From Candidatus Sumerlaeales bacterium (GTDB taxonomy: Bacteria > Sumerlaeota > Sumerlaeia > Sumerlaeales > Sumerlaeaceae), in the NCBI GenBank assembly GCA_038243585.1, contig JBBSQY010000046.1, forward strand, positions 1 through 26,169: 26,169 nucleotides of DNA, read 5' to 3'. A program made the position numbers and the translations under genes. The notes beneath the pieces are model-generated. The model was not told the origin of the DNA, did no database searches, and saw only the letters and a list, made by a program, of their open reading frames with translations. Positions 18,252-26,169 of this stretch are shown piece after piece (the stretch's first letter is position 1; each line of letters begins with the position of its first letter).

Positions 18252-21200
18252 TCATGCGTCCGCGCTCTCGGCGTCCCGGCCCATGCGGTACTTGATGTCG
18301 TAGTTGATGATGAAGTCCAGTTCCTCGTCTGTGAAGCCGTAGTGTTTGGCGAGGACATTGTCGATTTCGTCCATGATGGGTTTGGATCTGTCCATATAAA
18401 ACTCGTCATATTCAACTGAGCCAGTTTTATAGGCATAAGTACGGCGTTTAGAATTCTTTTTCAAGTCCACCATTAGCCTATTGAATATGGAACTTAATAA
18501 CTCCAGTTGCTTCCCGCGGAGATTGCCCACGCGAAAAGTTTCAATATCTGCCGCCGTAATGTTTCTACAATTACCCTGCACAGTAAACCAAAAGTAAAAC
18601 AAAGAGCTGGCTATTATGGCACCGGTAGTTTGTGCGTCCTGGATACTATGAAAATATAGATCTTTTATGTGGTCCGTCGATCTGTCTTTAATTGGTGATT
18701 TAAAATATGGCTCAAAATCCATGGATCGGATCCAGAAAGATGGGCTTCTGTGGTAGGTTATGTGACCAGCTCCGCTCTTACGTATACTGGCTGATAATTC
18801 GGCTGGCATCTCTGTAATTTTAAATACTATTTTTGCTGCTACTTCCTCACCCGTCTTGGCAAACCACATACTGTCATTATCATTGATATTGTTGTTTTCA
18901 AAAGTGGAAATTTTAGTGTGAAAAAGGTTAGGCCTTTCAATAGAGTACCATCGTATGTAGCTAGAGGTGTTTATTTTTTTCTCAAATGTGCTTCCTTTGT
19001 TTCCAATTAATATAGCTAGACGATATTTCACGCCTGCAAACAATACAGACGGGTGAGCATCGCCACTGTAAAAAGATAGTACTATAGAATTAAAATGCTG
19101 CCTGATAAGGGAGGCAAAATTGGCCATCCGTTCAGTGGAAAACCCGCTAAGCGGTATTATTAAACCAGTGGAACCAGCAGCTGAAAGTAACGCAGTGCAA
19201 CGCTCCACGCACACGGCATATATATTTCCTGCATCTTTTGTAACGTAATTTCTAACCTCATACTCGGAAACCTTGGAGACCTCCACATACGGTGGGTTCC
19301 CAATAATGACATCAAACCCACCCGATGCCATGATGCCGTAGAACTCTGTGAACCAGTGGAACGGCTGGTGGGATTTTAGCCAGCCGGGGTATTTTTTCTG
19401 ACCGTCTTTGCGGGTGAGATCAATTCCGTAATCCTCAGCCAGGTGGCGATTCAGGACGTCTGCCAGTTCGGCCATCTGCCGTGACAGTTCCCGCTTGTGG
19501 TCGGCAGGCACGGCGCCGTCGCCTTCGGTCTGGACGCGACGGAAGTTGTCAGCCAGTTGCTGGGTGTCGGCGGCTTTGGTTTCAATTTCGGCTACCTGTT
19601 CGGAGCGGAGCATATCCGTCTCCGCCGCCTTTTGCACCTCCGCCAGGGTGGCGTAGCCTACCAGGGTGTTGCCGGCGCGGATGTTGAAATCGATATCGGG
19701 CAGAGGTTCGATGCCGAGGTTAGCTTTGGCGCGGTCTGGTTCGACCTGGGCTGCCAGCTTAAGAAAGAGGCGTAGCTTGCAGATTTCTACGGCCTCTTCC
19801 ATAATGTCGACGCCGTAGAGGTTTTTCAGGATGATGGACTTAAAAATAAAATAGGCGCGGTTTGGGTGGCCGGCGACGCGGGCCAGCAGCTCACGGAAGT
19901 CGGCCAGCTTTTCCGGGCGGTGTTTTCTACCGGACTTGTCCATATCCTCTACGAACTCTTCCATACGCTGGAGGCACTGTTCATAGATAGGTTCGAGAAT
20001 GTTAAGGGCGGCGAAGAGGAAAGCTCCGGAGCCGCAGGTGGGATCGAGAACGGTAATTTTCGTGATGGCGTGCCAGAAGGCCCGGAGCATCTCCGGGCCG
20101 CCGGCCCAGGCGACAACGTCGAGGGCAAACTGTTCGATGTCGAGGTTCAGGGTGATAAGTTCGTTGATGTCGCGGACTTCGCCGTTCTCCAGCTTCCGCC
20201 GAATTTCCTCATAGCGCTGGCGTCGGGCGATGACTTCCCGCCATATTTCTGTGGGCAGGGCAGCTCCGACGGGTGCGGGTTTGTTCCATTGTTTGCGGCG
20301 TTCGAGCAAATCCGGGGCGGCGGTATCGAAGCCGACGACAATGTTATCAGGAACGGGAAACGGTTCGGCCATGGGCGCGCCGGCGTGGACATCCCAGGTG
20401 ACGCCGTGTCGAACGGCTTTATAGATGTATTTGTCGGGATCATCGCGAAGAAGATCCCACACAGTGGGGCCGGCGGGGTTGTCGAACGCAACTTTGCATT
20501 CCTTGCGGGCGGCGTCGAAGAGATAAGGGATGATGGTGTTGCGGCCTATGTAGCCGGTTATATCTTCCTTTGTATAGTAGGCGCCCATCTGCTTCTGGTT
20601 GATGTATTTTTCGAAGATGTAGCCGAGGACGTCGGGGTTAATCTCGTTGTCATCGCCGAGGGGGCGTTCGTCCAGGTGCCAGCGCCAGCCATCGAAGAAG
20701 GCGAAGAGGCGGGCGAAGGCGGCGTTTTCCACCTGGATGGCGGCGCCGTGGGTCTCTTCGATCTGGTGCTTTTGAAAAATGCCGCCGTTCAGATAAGGGA
20801 TCTTGCCGCGGTATTCGGCGGGGCGGGCGGGGTCGTCTTCGGCCAGGGCGAACCCCTGGAAGAAGAGGGGGCAGAGGAAGTCGCGGTAGTAATTGCCCTG
20901 GAAGGTTTCGAGGTGCTCCTGGAGAAACCGCAGGCGGCCGTCGAGAAAGCCCTTCGCCTGGAGGAAGTAAAGAAACATGACGCGGTTAATAAGCACGGCG
21001 GCATACCAGCGCTGGAGTTCGTCATCGGGTATGCCCTGGATGAAGGCCTGGAAAGCTTTCTGCTCGATTTGGAATCGGCTGTAAAACTTCTTGGTGAGTT
21101 TGTCTTTGTCGAAGGCATCTTTAAGGCGGCGAACGGCGCCAAGGAGATCAATGGATTCTTCGTCGTTCAGGGTGAAGGTGATGGACTGGAGGTTTTGAAT

Positions 21201-21584
21201 CAGGCGGACGTTTGCGGCGGCAGGGTTGAAACGATAGACGCACGGGCGGGCGGAGCGGCCAGGGTCTCGTCGGGTGTATAGCCAAAGCTGTTCAGATTTT
21301 GCGGCGTCGGAAAAAATGAGCAGGTGTTCGCGGGCGAGTTTCGTGAGTTCGCGGTCGATTTTCGCGCGGGTATCGGAGGAAGGGATATTACCGAAGGCGT
21401 CGGGGCGGCAGTGGAATATCTGGACGCCGCGTTTTTCGGCGACGCCATCGATAATATACACATCTTCGTTGACCGTAATTTGCTCAGTTTTGGTGAACCA
21501 GTCCCAGCCAAGCTCCTGAGTAAAGAGTTCGGCAAAAGCAAACTTTTGGAGCCAGTCCCGGATACCGTCGTAATTGATGGTCAT
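18252..21584 (-). CDS. Large Eco57I-like (gamma-class) N6-adenine DNA methyltransferase with C-terminal target-recognition region
   Basis: IPYLNGGIF, GYIFE, GAYYT, motif I VLDPTCGSGAFL, YGVDI, motif IV FDVIIGNPPY. ATG 21584 (MTINY) is preferred over TTG 21614. Confidence 0.92.
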   Translation of the reverse strand: MTINYDGIRDWLQKFAFAELFTQELGWDWFTKTEQITVNEDVYIIDGVAEKRGVQIFHCRPDAFGNIPSSDTRAKIDRELTKLAREHLLIFSDAAKSEQLWLYTRRDPGRSARPCVYRFNPAAANVRLIQNLQSITFTLNDEESIDLLGAVRRLKDAFDKDKLTKKFYSRFQIEQKAFQAFIQGIPDDELQRWYAAVLINRVMFLYFLQAKGFLDGRLRFLQEHLETFQGNYYRDFLCPLFFQGFALAEDDPARPAEYRGKIPYLNGGIFQKHQIEETHGAAIQVENAAFARLFAFFDGWRWHLDERPLGDDNEINPDVLGYIFEKYINQKQMGAYYTKEDITGYIGRNTIIPYLFDAARKECKVAFDNPAGPTVWDLLRDDPDKYIYKAVRHGVTWDVHAGAPMAEPFPVPDNIVVGFDTAAPDLLERRKQWNKPAPVGAALPTEIWREVIARRQRYEEIRRKLENGEVRDINELITLNLDIEQFALDVVAWAGGPEMLRAFWHAITKITVLDPTCGSGAFLFAALNILEPIYEQCLQRMEEFVEDMDKSGRKHRPEKLADFRELLARVAGHPNRAYFIFKSIILKNLYGVDIMEEAVEICKLRLFLKLAAQVEPDRAKANLGIEPLPDIDFNIRAGNTLVGYATLAEVQKAAETDMLRSEQVAEIETKAADTQQLADNFRRVQTEGDGAVPADHKRELSRQMAELADVLNRHLAEDYGIDLTRKDGQKKYPGWLKSHQPFHWFTEFYGIMASGGFDVIIGNPPYVEVSKVSEYEVRNYVTKDAGNIYAVCVERCTALLSAAGSTGLIIPLSGFSTERMANFASLIRQHFNSIVLSFYSGDAHPSVLFAGVKYRLAILIGNKGSTFEKKINTSSYIRWYSIERPNLFHTKISTFENNNINDNDSMWFAKTGEEVAAKIVFKITEMPAELSASIRKSGAGHITYHRSPSFWIRSMDFEPYFKSPIKDRSTDHIKDLYFHSIQDAQTTGAIIASSLFYFWFTVQGNCRNITAADIETFRVGNLRGKQLELLSSIFNRLMVDLKKNSKRRTYAYKTGSVEYDEFYMDRSKPIMDEIDNVLAKHYGFTDEELDFIINYDIKYRMGRDAESADA

Positions 21585-21648
21585 TTGTCGTGCGCGCCTC
21601 TTCCAGTGAATCAATTCATTCGTATAGGTTAAATAGGTTTGTAACTTT

Positions 21649-21713
21649 GGTGACCAGTGTGGGCCGGACCTTTTTTCGACTCCGTGACTTTACGTCCCTG
21701 GCCGCCCCTTTTT
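21649..21713 (-). ncRNA. Candidate structured RNA overlapping the DUF3800 3' end
   Basis: A-tract, then GGCGGCCAG/CUGGUCACC closing stem around GAC-GUAAA-GUC and CGGA...UCCG hairpins. Folded by eye only. Confidence 0.35.
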
Positions 21714-22475
21714 ATTTTGTTCCGCCAGCCACTGGATTACGTCGGGGAACGATTCGCTGCCTCGATGTATGAGGCGATCGGCCAGATTCGTCCATGTCGC
21801 GTTAAGCGGGCTCAGTGTTATGCCGGCTTTTTCCTCTTCCTTGCGGCGAACCGCGAATGCGCACATATCGCATAATTGAAGAAGCAGGCTTTTTCTGGAG
21901 TCGATAAAGAAACCTTTTTCGATAATGTTGCTTAGGCGAAGCGTTCCTTCCATAAGCCTGAGCGCCTGAATCGCTTTTTCAATATCGGCGAGCACATCTT
22001 TGTTTTCATCAAAGATGAACATGCCCCGCTGGTTCGGGCCGAGGCCAGTAAGATAATTATCGATGACCCTGGCCACCAATGGGAATACAGCGATATGGGG
22101 ATTAATGACAATTCCGCCGCCAAGCTCGCGCTGTTGCCACGCCTGAAACCGTTTTTTGACTAATGCGCGATACACGAGTTTAAGATCCGCGTCTGCCGCC
22201 ATGTTGAACAATTCGTCTCGAAAATCCAGACGCTGCCGCACAGAGTAGTTGCGCAGGTAATCATGATGACGGGGGCTGTTTAGTTCGGCGGCATGAATCT
22301 CGAAATTCAATGGACGATCAGGAAAGTGGGAGTTTAGAATTAATCGTATTTGAGCTTCAACAAATTGCCATTGATCTTCTGAAATAATAAGCGCGGCCAA
22401 AGCAAAAACGGGCTGTGCCGTATCATTTAAGTTCGTGCCGGTGTTTCCCGTTTCATCCATGTAAATAAGGTGCAT
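21690..22475 (-). CDS. DUF3800 family protein (RNase H-like fold, predicted nuclease)
   Basis: MHLIYMDETG, FALAALI, EIHA, FIFDE, DSRKSLLLQLCDMCAF. ATG 22475 lies 1 nt after the helicase stop (TAA-T-ATG); 261 aa. Confidence 0.85.
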   Translation of the reverse strand: MHLIYMDETGNTGTNLNDTAQPVFALAALIISEDQWQFVEAQIRLILNSHFPDRPLNFEIHAAELNSPRHHDYLRNYSVRQRLDFRDELFNMAADADLKLVYRALVKKRFQAWQQRELGGGIVINPHIAVFPLVARVIDNYLTGLGPNQRGMFIFDENKDVLADIEKAIQALRLMEGTLRLSNIIEKGFFIDSRKSLLLQLCDMCAFAVRRKEEEKAGITLSPLNATWTNLADRLIHRGSESFPDVIQWLAEQNKKGRPGT

Positions 22476-22476
22476 A

Positions 22477-25400
22477 TTACTTTTCCGCGAGCCCGAGAGA
22501 ACAAATGATCTGCGGCTCTCCGGTTCGTTCTTCGTCGTGGATGACGCTGAGGCGATCTTCATCACGGAGGGCAATGACCAGGTCCGCCAGAGTTTCATCT
22601 GAAATACCGGCGCGTAACTGACGATTGAGCGTATCGACTGCGGATTGCCTGAGGGGATACTTGTATATGGCTTCGATGGCTTTAGACAGTTCCGGGGTCT
22701 GGAACAGGGTGTCTTTCATTTTTTCGCTATGTTGTTTCAGCCGTTCATAGGCGCGGAAACGCGCCCCGGACGGGCGCCCAAGCTGGCCGCCCACGACCCG
22801 TTCTTCAGAGGCTACCATGTCCACACCGAGGCTTACGAGTTCATGGTGATTCTGTTGCCTTTCCGCCGCGGCGGTGTCGGGTGAACATTCGGCGGCCCGC
22901 AGGATTTCGTATTGAGATTCGGTTACACTATGGCCATCTTTACCTATCCATGCGAGAGCGTCATTGCCTTCGGAGGTGTGAAGATAAAGAAGCACGCCGG
23001 CTGGTTTTCCCACGGTGGGTTGATGGCGGCGGCTTGAATAGACGACAGCAGGCAGAGCTGGAATGATTCGTTTTAATTCCGGATTTTCGTCGGTTGCATT
23101 TTTCCAAATCTGGTAAGCATGAGAAGCCAGGTCGACCTCCGTATCTGCGTCGCCATCTAGAATTCCGGCCTTCTCATTGTACAGGTCGGCGAGTTTCTGG
23201 AACTCTTCTTCGTCCTCAAAAAACGCTTCGTCGGTTCCCACGACTTCGGCGTTTTCTTTTAGTCGCTGGAGAACGCGCCGGCGCAACCCGATAACATCTT
23301 CGACCCCTTCCGCCGGAAGAAAGGAATAGCAAAGAATTTGCTCGGCCTTCTGGCCGATACGATCTACGCGGCCGGCACGCTGAATGAGGCGTATTATGGC
23401 CCAGGGAAGATCGAAATTTACGACTATGGCGGCATCCTGAAGGTTTTGCCCTTCGCTGAGAACATCCGTTGCGATGAGAACGCGGAGTTCTTCATCGGCG
23501 GAAACGCGATCGCGTTTTTTGTTGCTGACAGGGCTGAATCGCCAAGCGAAACTGGTGGGATTATCGTCGCCGCCAGTTACCCCGGCCAAGCGTGTGACAC
23601 CTCGCGATTCCATGCATTTTTCGAGATAGCGCACTGTGTCTGCAAACTGTGTGAAGACGATAATTTTTTCGTCAGGATGTTTGGTGGCCAGGAGCTGGTA
23701 GAGCGCTTCTATCTTTTTGTCTTTGTTTGCATCCCAATCTCCAGGACCGGTGAGGATGTTAAGTAGCGTGTCTGCGTCTTTTTGTAAATCGCTTTTGAGG
23801 GTCTTTACAAAGTGTTCCGCACGGAGCCATTTGAAACGCCTTTTGTATCGTGTGGCATAGGAGGAGTAAACCTGGGCAGCTCGTTCCTGATATTGTGGAA
23901 TGGTACGCAGTTTCCCAGGGGTCGAGGGTTCCGGCTTTTGCTGGTTTTTAGGTTCGAAAAATTCCAGTTCAGGATTTGGATCATCATGATCTTCATCATA
24001 GCTACCGGTATCGAGAAAGCCGGCATCCTGTGTGCCAAGAGGAAGCGGAAGATTATTTTCGATTGCATGAAGGAAAACGTAGTTTCTCAGGATATGCCTT
24101 TCAATTGACTGCTGAAACGCATAGCCGCTGCTCTCTAATCGCTTGAACAGGTTCGTGCGGCAGAACCCCATGAGGCGCTTTCCGGCGCGGGAGAGATCTT
24201 GTAGTTGTTGGGCTTCGCTTTGAGACGGGGGATCATGGGGAGTCGCGGCAACATAATTACCCAGGCCATAGCGCGGGAGATTAAGCCCGTTAATGGCCAG
24301 AACAACGTCTGGTGAAAAAAGCTGCGCGTATTGGTCGGCGGGGTTCACTTCAAACTTAACAGTCTTTGGAATGCGGTCTGGGAAGTATGAACGTGAGCCG
24401 TCTTCGAATGTCAGAAACTGACGGCCTGTATCGGGGTCTGTGGCGGCGTAGTTGGTCTGGATGAAACCTCGAGTGCGGCGAACCATATAAAGGCGCATAA
24501 GTTCTCGCCAATCGTCGGCGTGTTCGCTTTTTTCGAAGGCAGAGAGGGACCGGACCGGACATTGGTGGCGCTTTATAAATTCTGTTTCTCCCAGTTGCCG
24601 GATGAGGTTTTCCGGACGGATGCCAACGTCCTGGTCATCTTTGACGAAGAGCCTTAACTGCCCTGAGAGGTCGCCGTAGGTTTTATTGTAGGGGGTGGCG
24701 GAGAGTAGAATGCATTTGCTGTCGTTTTCCTGGATATATTCCTGAATAGCACGGAAGCGTTTGCCGGCACGGTTGCGGAGATTGTGACTTTCATCAATAA
24801 GGACGACTCGGTAACGGCGCATTTCGGGTAACTCATTGGCTACACGGGTAACAGAGAGCACCTTGGCAATGAGCCGGTATTGTGCCACGTAATCTTCCCA
24901 CATGCCTACAAGATTCTTAGGACAGAGAATTAAGGTTTCTGTAAAGTGGTCATCCTGGAAAATCTTTGCCAGCGCCGTGGCCATTAGGGTTTTACCCAGG
25001 CCGACTACGTCACCAATGAGCACGCCGCCGCGCTTGTTCATATGATGTGCGGCGATTTTAACGGCGGCAACCTGATAATCGAACAACTGATTTCCAAATT
25101 CTGCGGGAATGCGAAATTCAGCCAGACCGGCACGAGCTTCCTGGGCAAGGTGGTATGCCATTTTAACGTATATGTGAAATGGCGGGATGGGCTGCGTGCG
25201 GGCCCAGCTCTCTTCTATAACCTGAATGAGCTCTGTAGTTATATCAATACACCAGCGGTCGGTCCAGCGATCAATAAACCAGCGGTTTAACTTATTGGCG
25301 GCATCCGTGTCCATGATGTCTACATTAAGTTCGCCCTGATAACTGAGGCCGGAAAGTGTTAAATTACTGCTGCCCATGTACCCTATAATTGGATTTATGG

Positions 25401-25848
25401 GATCAGGGCGGTATAATAAGTAAAGTTTTGCGTGGAGAGTGTGCCGAAGAAATAATTTAACGATCAGTTTTTGGGATTTTAGCTGGGCAGCCAGCCGGCG
25501 AAGGCCGGCCTCATCGGAGTTTGTAGGTGTTCCAATGGTAAGCTGATCTCGAAATTCCTCGGCAAGTCTACGTTTGAGCTTTATTGCCGTCTGGTTATCG
25601 AGTTGCGTACCTGCTTTTTCATGAGCGAATAACTCGCGAAGTTCATCTTGTGGTAAACGTTGCATTCCGACAAGGAGCCGACACTGGTTTCCTTCGCCGC
25701 CGGGCCAACATTCAACCAGGTCGTCAATCGATTTCCAGCCACGCAAATTGAAATATCCAACGCAGAAATCAGATGATTTTGTATGTTGTAAAGTGGTGCG
25801 AAGTGTCGGTAAAAGGTTCTGTTCAATATTATCGAAAATGGTAGGCAT
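22477..25848 (-). CDS. Phospholipase-D-family nuclease fused to SNF2-like (SF2) helicase
   Basis: PLD: VGYF, HAKLY, GSSNLT. Helicase: GDVVGLGKT, DESHN, SATP, FTQFADT, TDVLSEGQNLQ, QRAGRVDRIG. 1123 aa. Confidence 0.92.
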   Translation of the reverse strand: MPTIFDNIEQNLLPTLRTTLQHTKSSDFCVGYFNLRGWKSIDDLVECWPGGEGNQCRLLVGMQRLPQDELRELFAHEKAGTQLDNQTAIKLKRRLAEEFRDQLTIGTPTNSDEAGLRRLAAQLKSQKLIVKLFLRHTLHAKLYLLYRPDPINPIIGYMGSSNLTLSGLSYQGELNVDIMDTDAANKLNRWFIDRWTDRWCIDITTELIQVIEESWARTQPIPPFHIYVKMAYHLAQEARAGLAEFRIPAEFGNQLFDYQVAAVKIAAHHMNKRGGVLIGDVVGLGKTLMATALAKIFQDDHFTETLILCPKNLVGMWEDYVAQYRLIAKVLSVTRVANELPEMRRYRVVLIDESHNLRNRAGKRFRAIQEYIQENDSKCILLSATPYNKTYGDLSGQLRLFVKDDQDVGIRPENLIRQLGETEFIKRHQCPVRSLSAFEKSEHADDWRELMRLYMVRRTRGFIQTNYAATDPDTGRQFLTFEDGSRSYFPDRIPKTVKFEVNPADQYAQLFSPDVVLAINGLNLPRYGLGNYVAATPHDPPSQSEAQQLQDLSRAGKRLMGFCRTNLFKRLESSGYAFQQSIERHILRNYVFLHAIENNLPLPLGTQDAGFLDTGSYDEDHDDPNPELEFFEPKNQQKPEPSTPGKLRTIPQYQERAAQVYSSYATRYKRRFKWLRAEHFVKTLKSDLQKDADTLLNILTGPGDWDANKDKKIEALYQLLATKHPDEKIIVFTQFADTVRYLEKCMESRGVTRLAGVTGGDDNPTSFAWRFSPVSNKKRDRVSADEELRVLIATDVLSEGQNLQDAAIVVNFDLPWAIIRLIQRAGRVDRIGQKAEQILCYSFLPAEGVEDVIGLRRRVLQRLKENAEVVGTDEAFFEDEEEFQKLADLYNEKAGILDGDADTEVDLASHAYQIWKNATDENPELKRIIPALPAVVYSSRRHQPTVGKPAGVLLYLHTSEGNDALAWIGKDGHSVTESQYEILRAAECSPDTAAAERQQNHHELVSLGVDMVASEERVVGGQLGRPSGARFRAYERLKQHSEKMKDTLFQTPELSKAIEAIYKYPLRQSAVDTLNRQLRAGISDETLADLVIALRDEDRLSVIHDEERTGEPQIICSLGLAEK

Positions 25849-25980
25849 AGTGGGACCGGAAAGCCGTCCTAAACGGAAGATTGCTAGTAACCTACGCGGA
25901 TTAAAAATTGCAAATCAAGATTTTAATTTGTTAGGTGTGAACTTAAACGGCTAATCCATTGCGCCTATTTTTTGCGAAAA

Positions 25981-26000
25981 TAGGGACAGGCACCAATTAA
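25981..26000 (-). repeat. Right 20-bp inverted repeat TAGGGACAGGCACCAATTAA
   Basis: Exact reverse complement of 17560-17579. Confidence 0.85.
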
Positions 26001-26035
26001 ACGGAATTGAACCTGAGCCGTTTTCGTAGACAGCC

Positions 26036-26063
26036 CTCTGCGTCTCCGCGCTTCTGCGTTAAA
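26036..26063 (+). repeat. Degenerate (CTCTGCGY)x3 short repeat
   Basis: ctctgcgt ctccgcgc ttctgcgt taaa; 8-nt period read directly. Confidence 0.5.
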
Positions 26064-26147
26064 ATTATGCTCTAAGCACCCGTGCGGGAATACCCAGCCG
26101 AAATTCCGTGAGTAAATATCTCCAGTGAACTACCAACACAGGTTATC

Positions 26148-26168
26148 TCAGCGTTTCCCTAACGCTGA
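26148..26168. terminator. Hairpin tcagcgtt-tccct-aacgctga at the right edge
   Basis: Perfect 8-bp stem; context cut off by the window edge. Confidence 0.3.
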
Positions 26169-26169
26169 A

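Noticed and set aside
19866..21281. 471-aa plus-strand ORF
   Set aside because: Antisense shadow of the GC-rich part of the methyltransferase; no recognisable motifs.
22476..22598. 41-aa N-terminal extension of the DUF3800 ORF
   Set aside because: Overlaps the helicase 3' end; the family motif starts at MHLIYMDE (ATG 22475).
17607..25848. Calling the operon DISARM or BREX
   Set aside because: DrmA/DrmB (DUF1998) and BrxC/PglZ are absent from the window.

Overview
Bacterial genomic window with two halves. 1-17.5 kb holds mostly secreted/envelope genes: a BNR-repeat protein (cut by the left edge), a small membrane protein, a divergent ELWxxDGT-type beta-propeller flanked by two ~156-bp palindromic direct repeats, a sulfatase split by one in-frame TAG, a coupled FTYQG/C1q-like fibre plus small partner pair, two SPFH proteins, a SOUL heme-binding protein, a 12-repeat Kelch-like protein also split by one in-frame TAG, and a 17-repeat ELWxxDGT protein. 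Four secreted proteins from three unrelated families end in the same C-terminal motif (SKVADWQLY, SSVSAWSLY, ASAADWQLFE, SAVADWSIY), a candidate lineage-specific sorting/export signal. From memory this motif resembles Ca. Sumerlaeota/BRC1 proteins (unverified). 17.56-26.0 kb is a minus-strand defence-like operon (PLD-SNF2 helicase, DUF3800 with a structured 3' element, Eco57I-like N6-adenine methyltransferase with an AT-rich specificity region, DprA-like SLOG protein) bracketed by perfect 20-bp inverted repeats.
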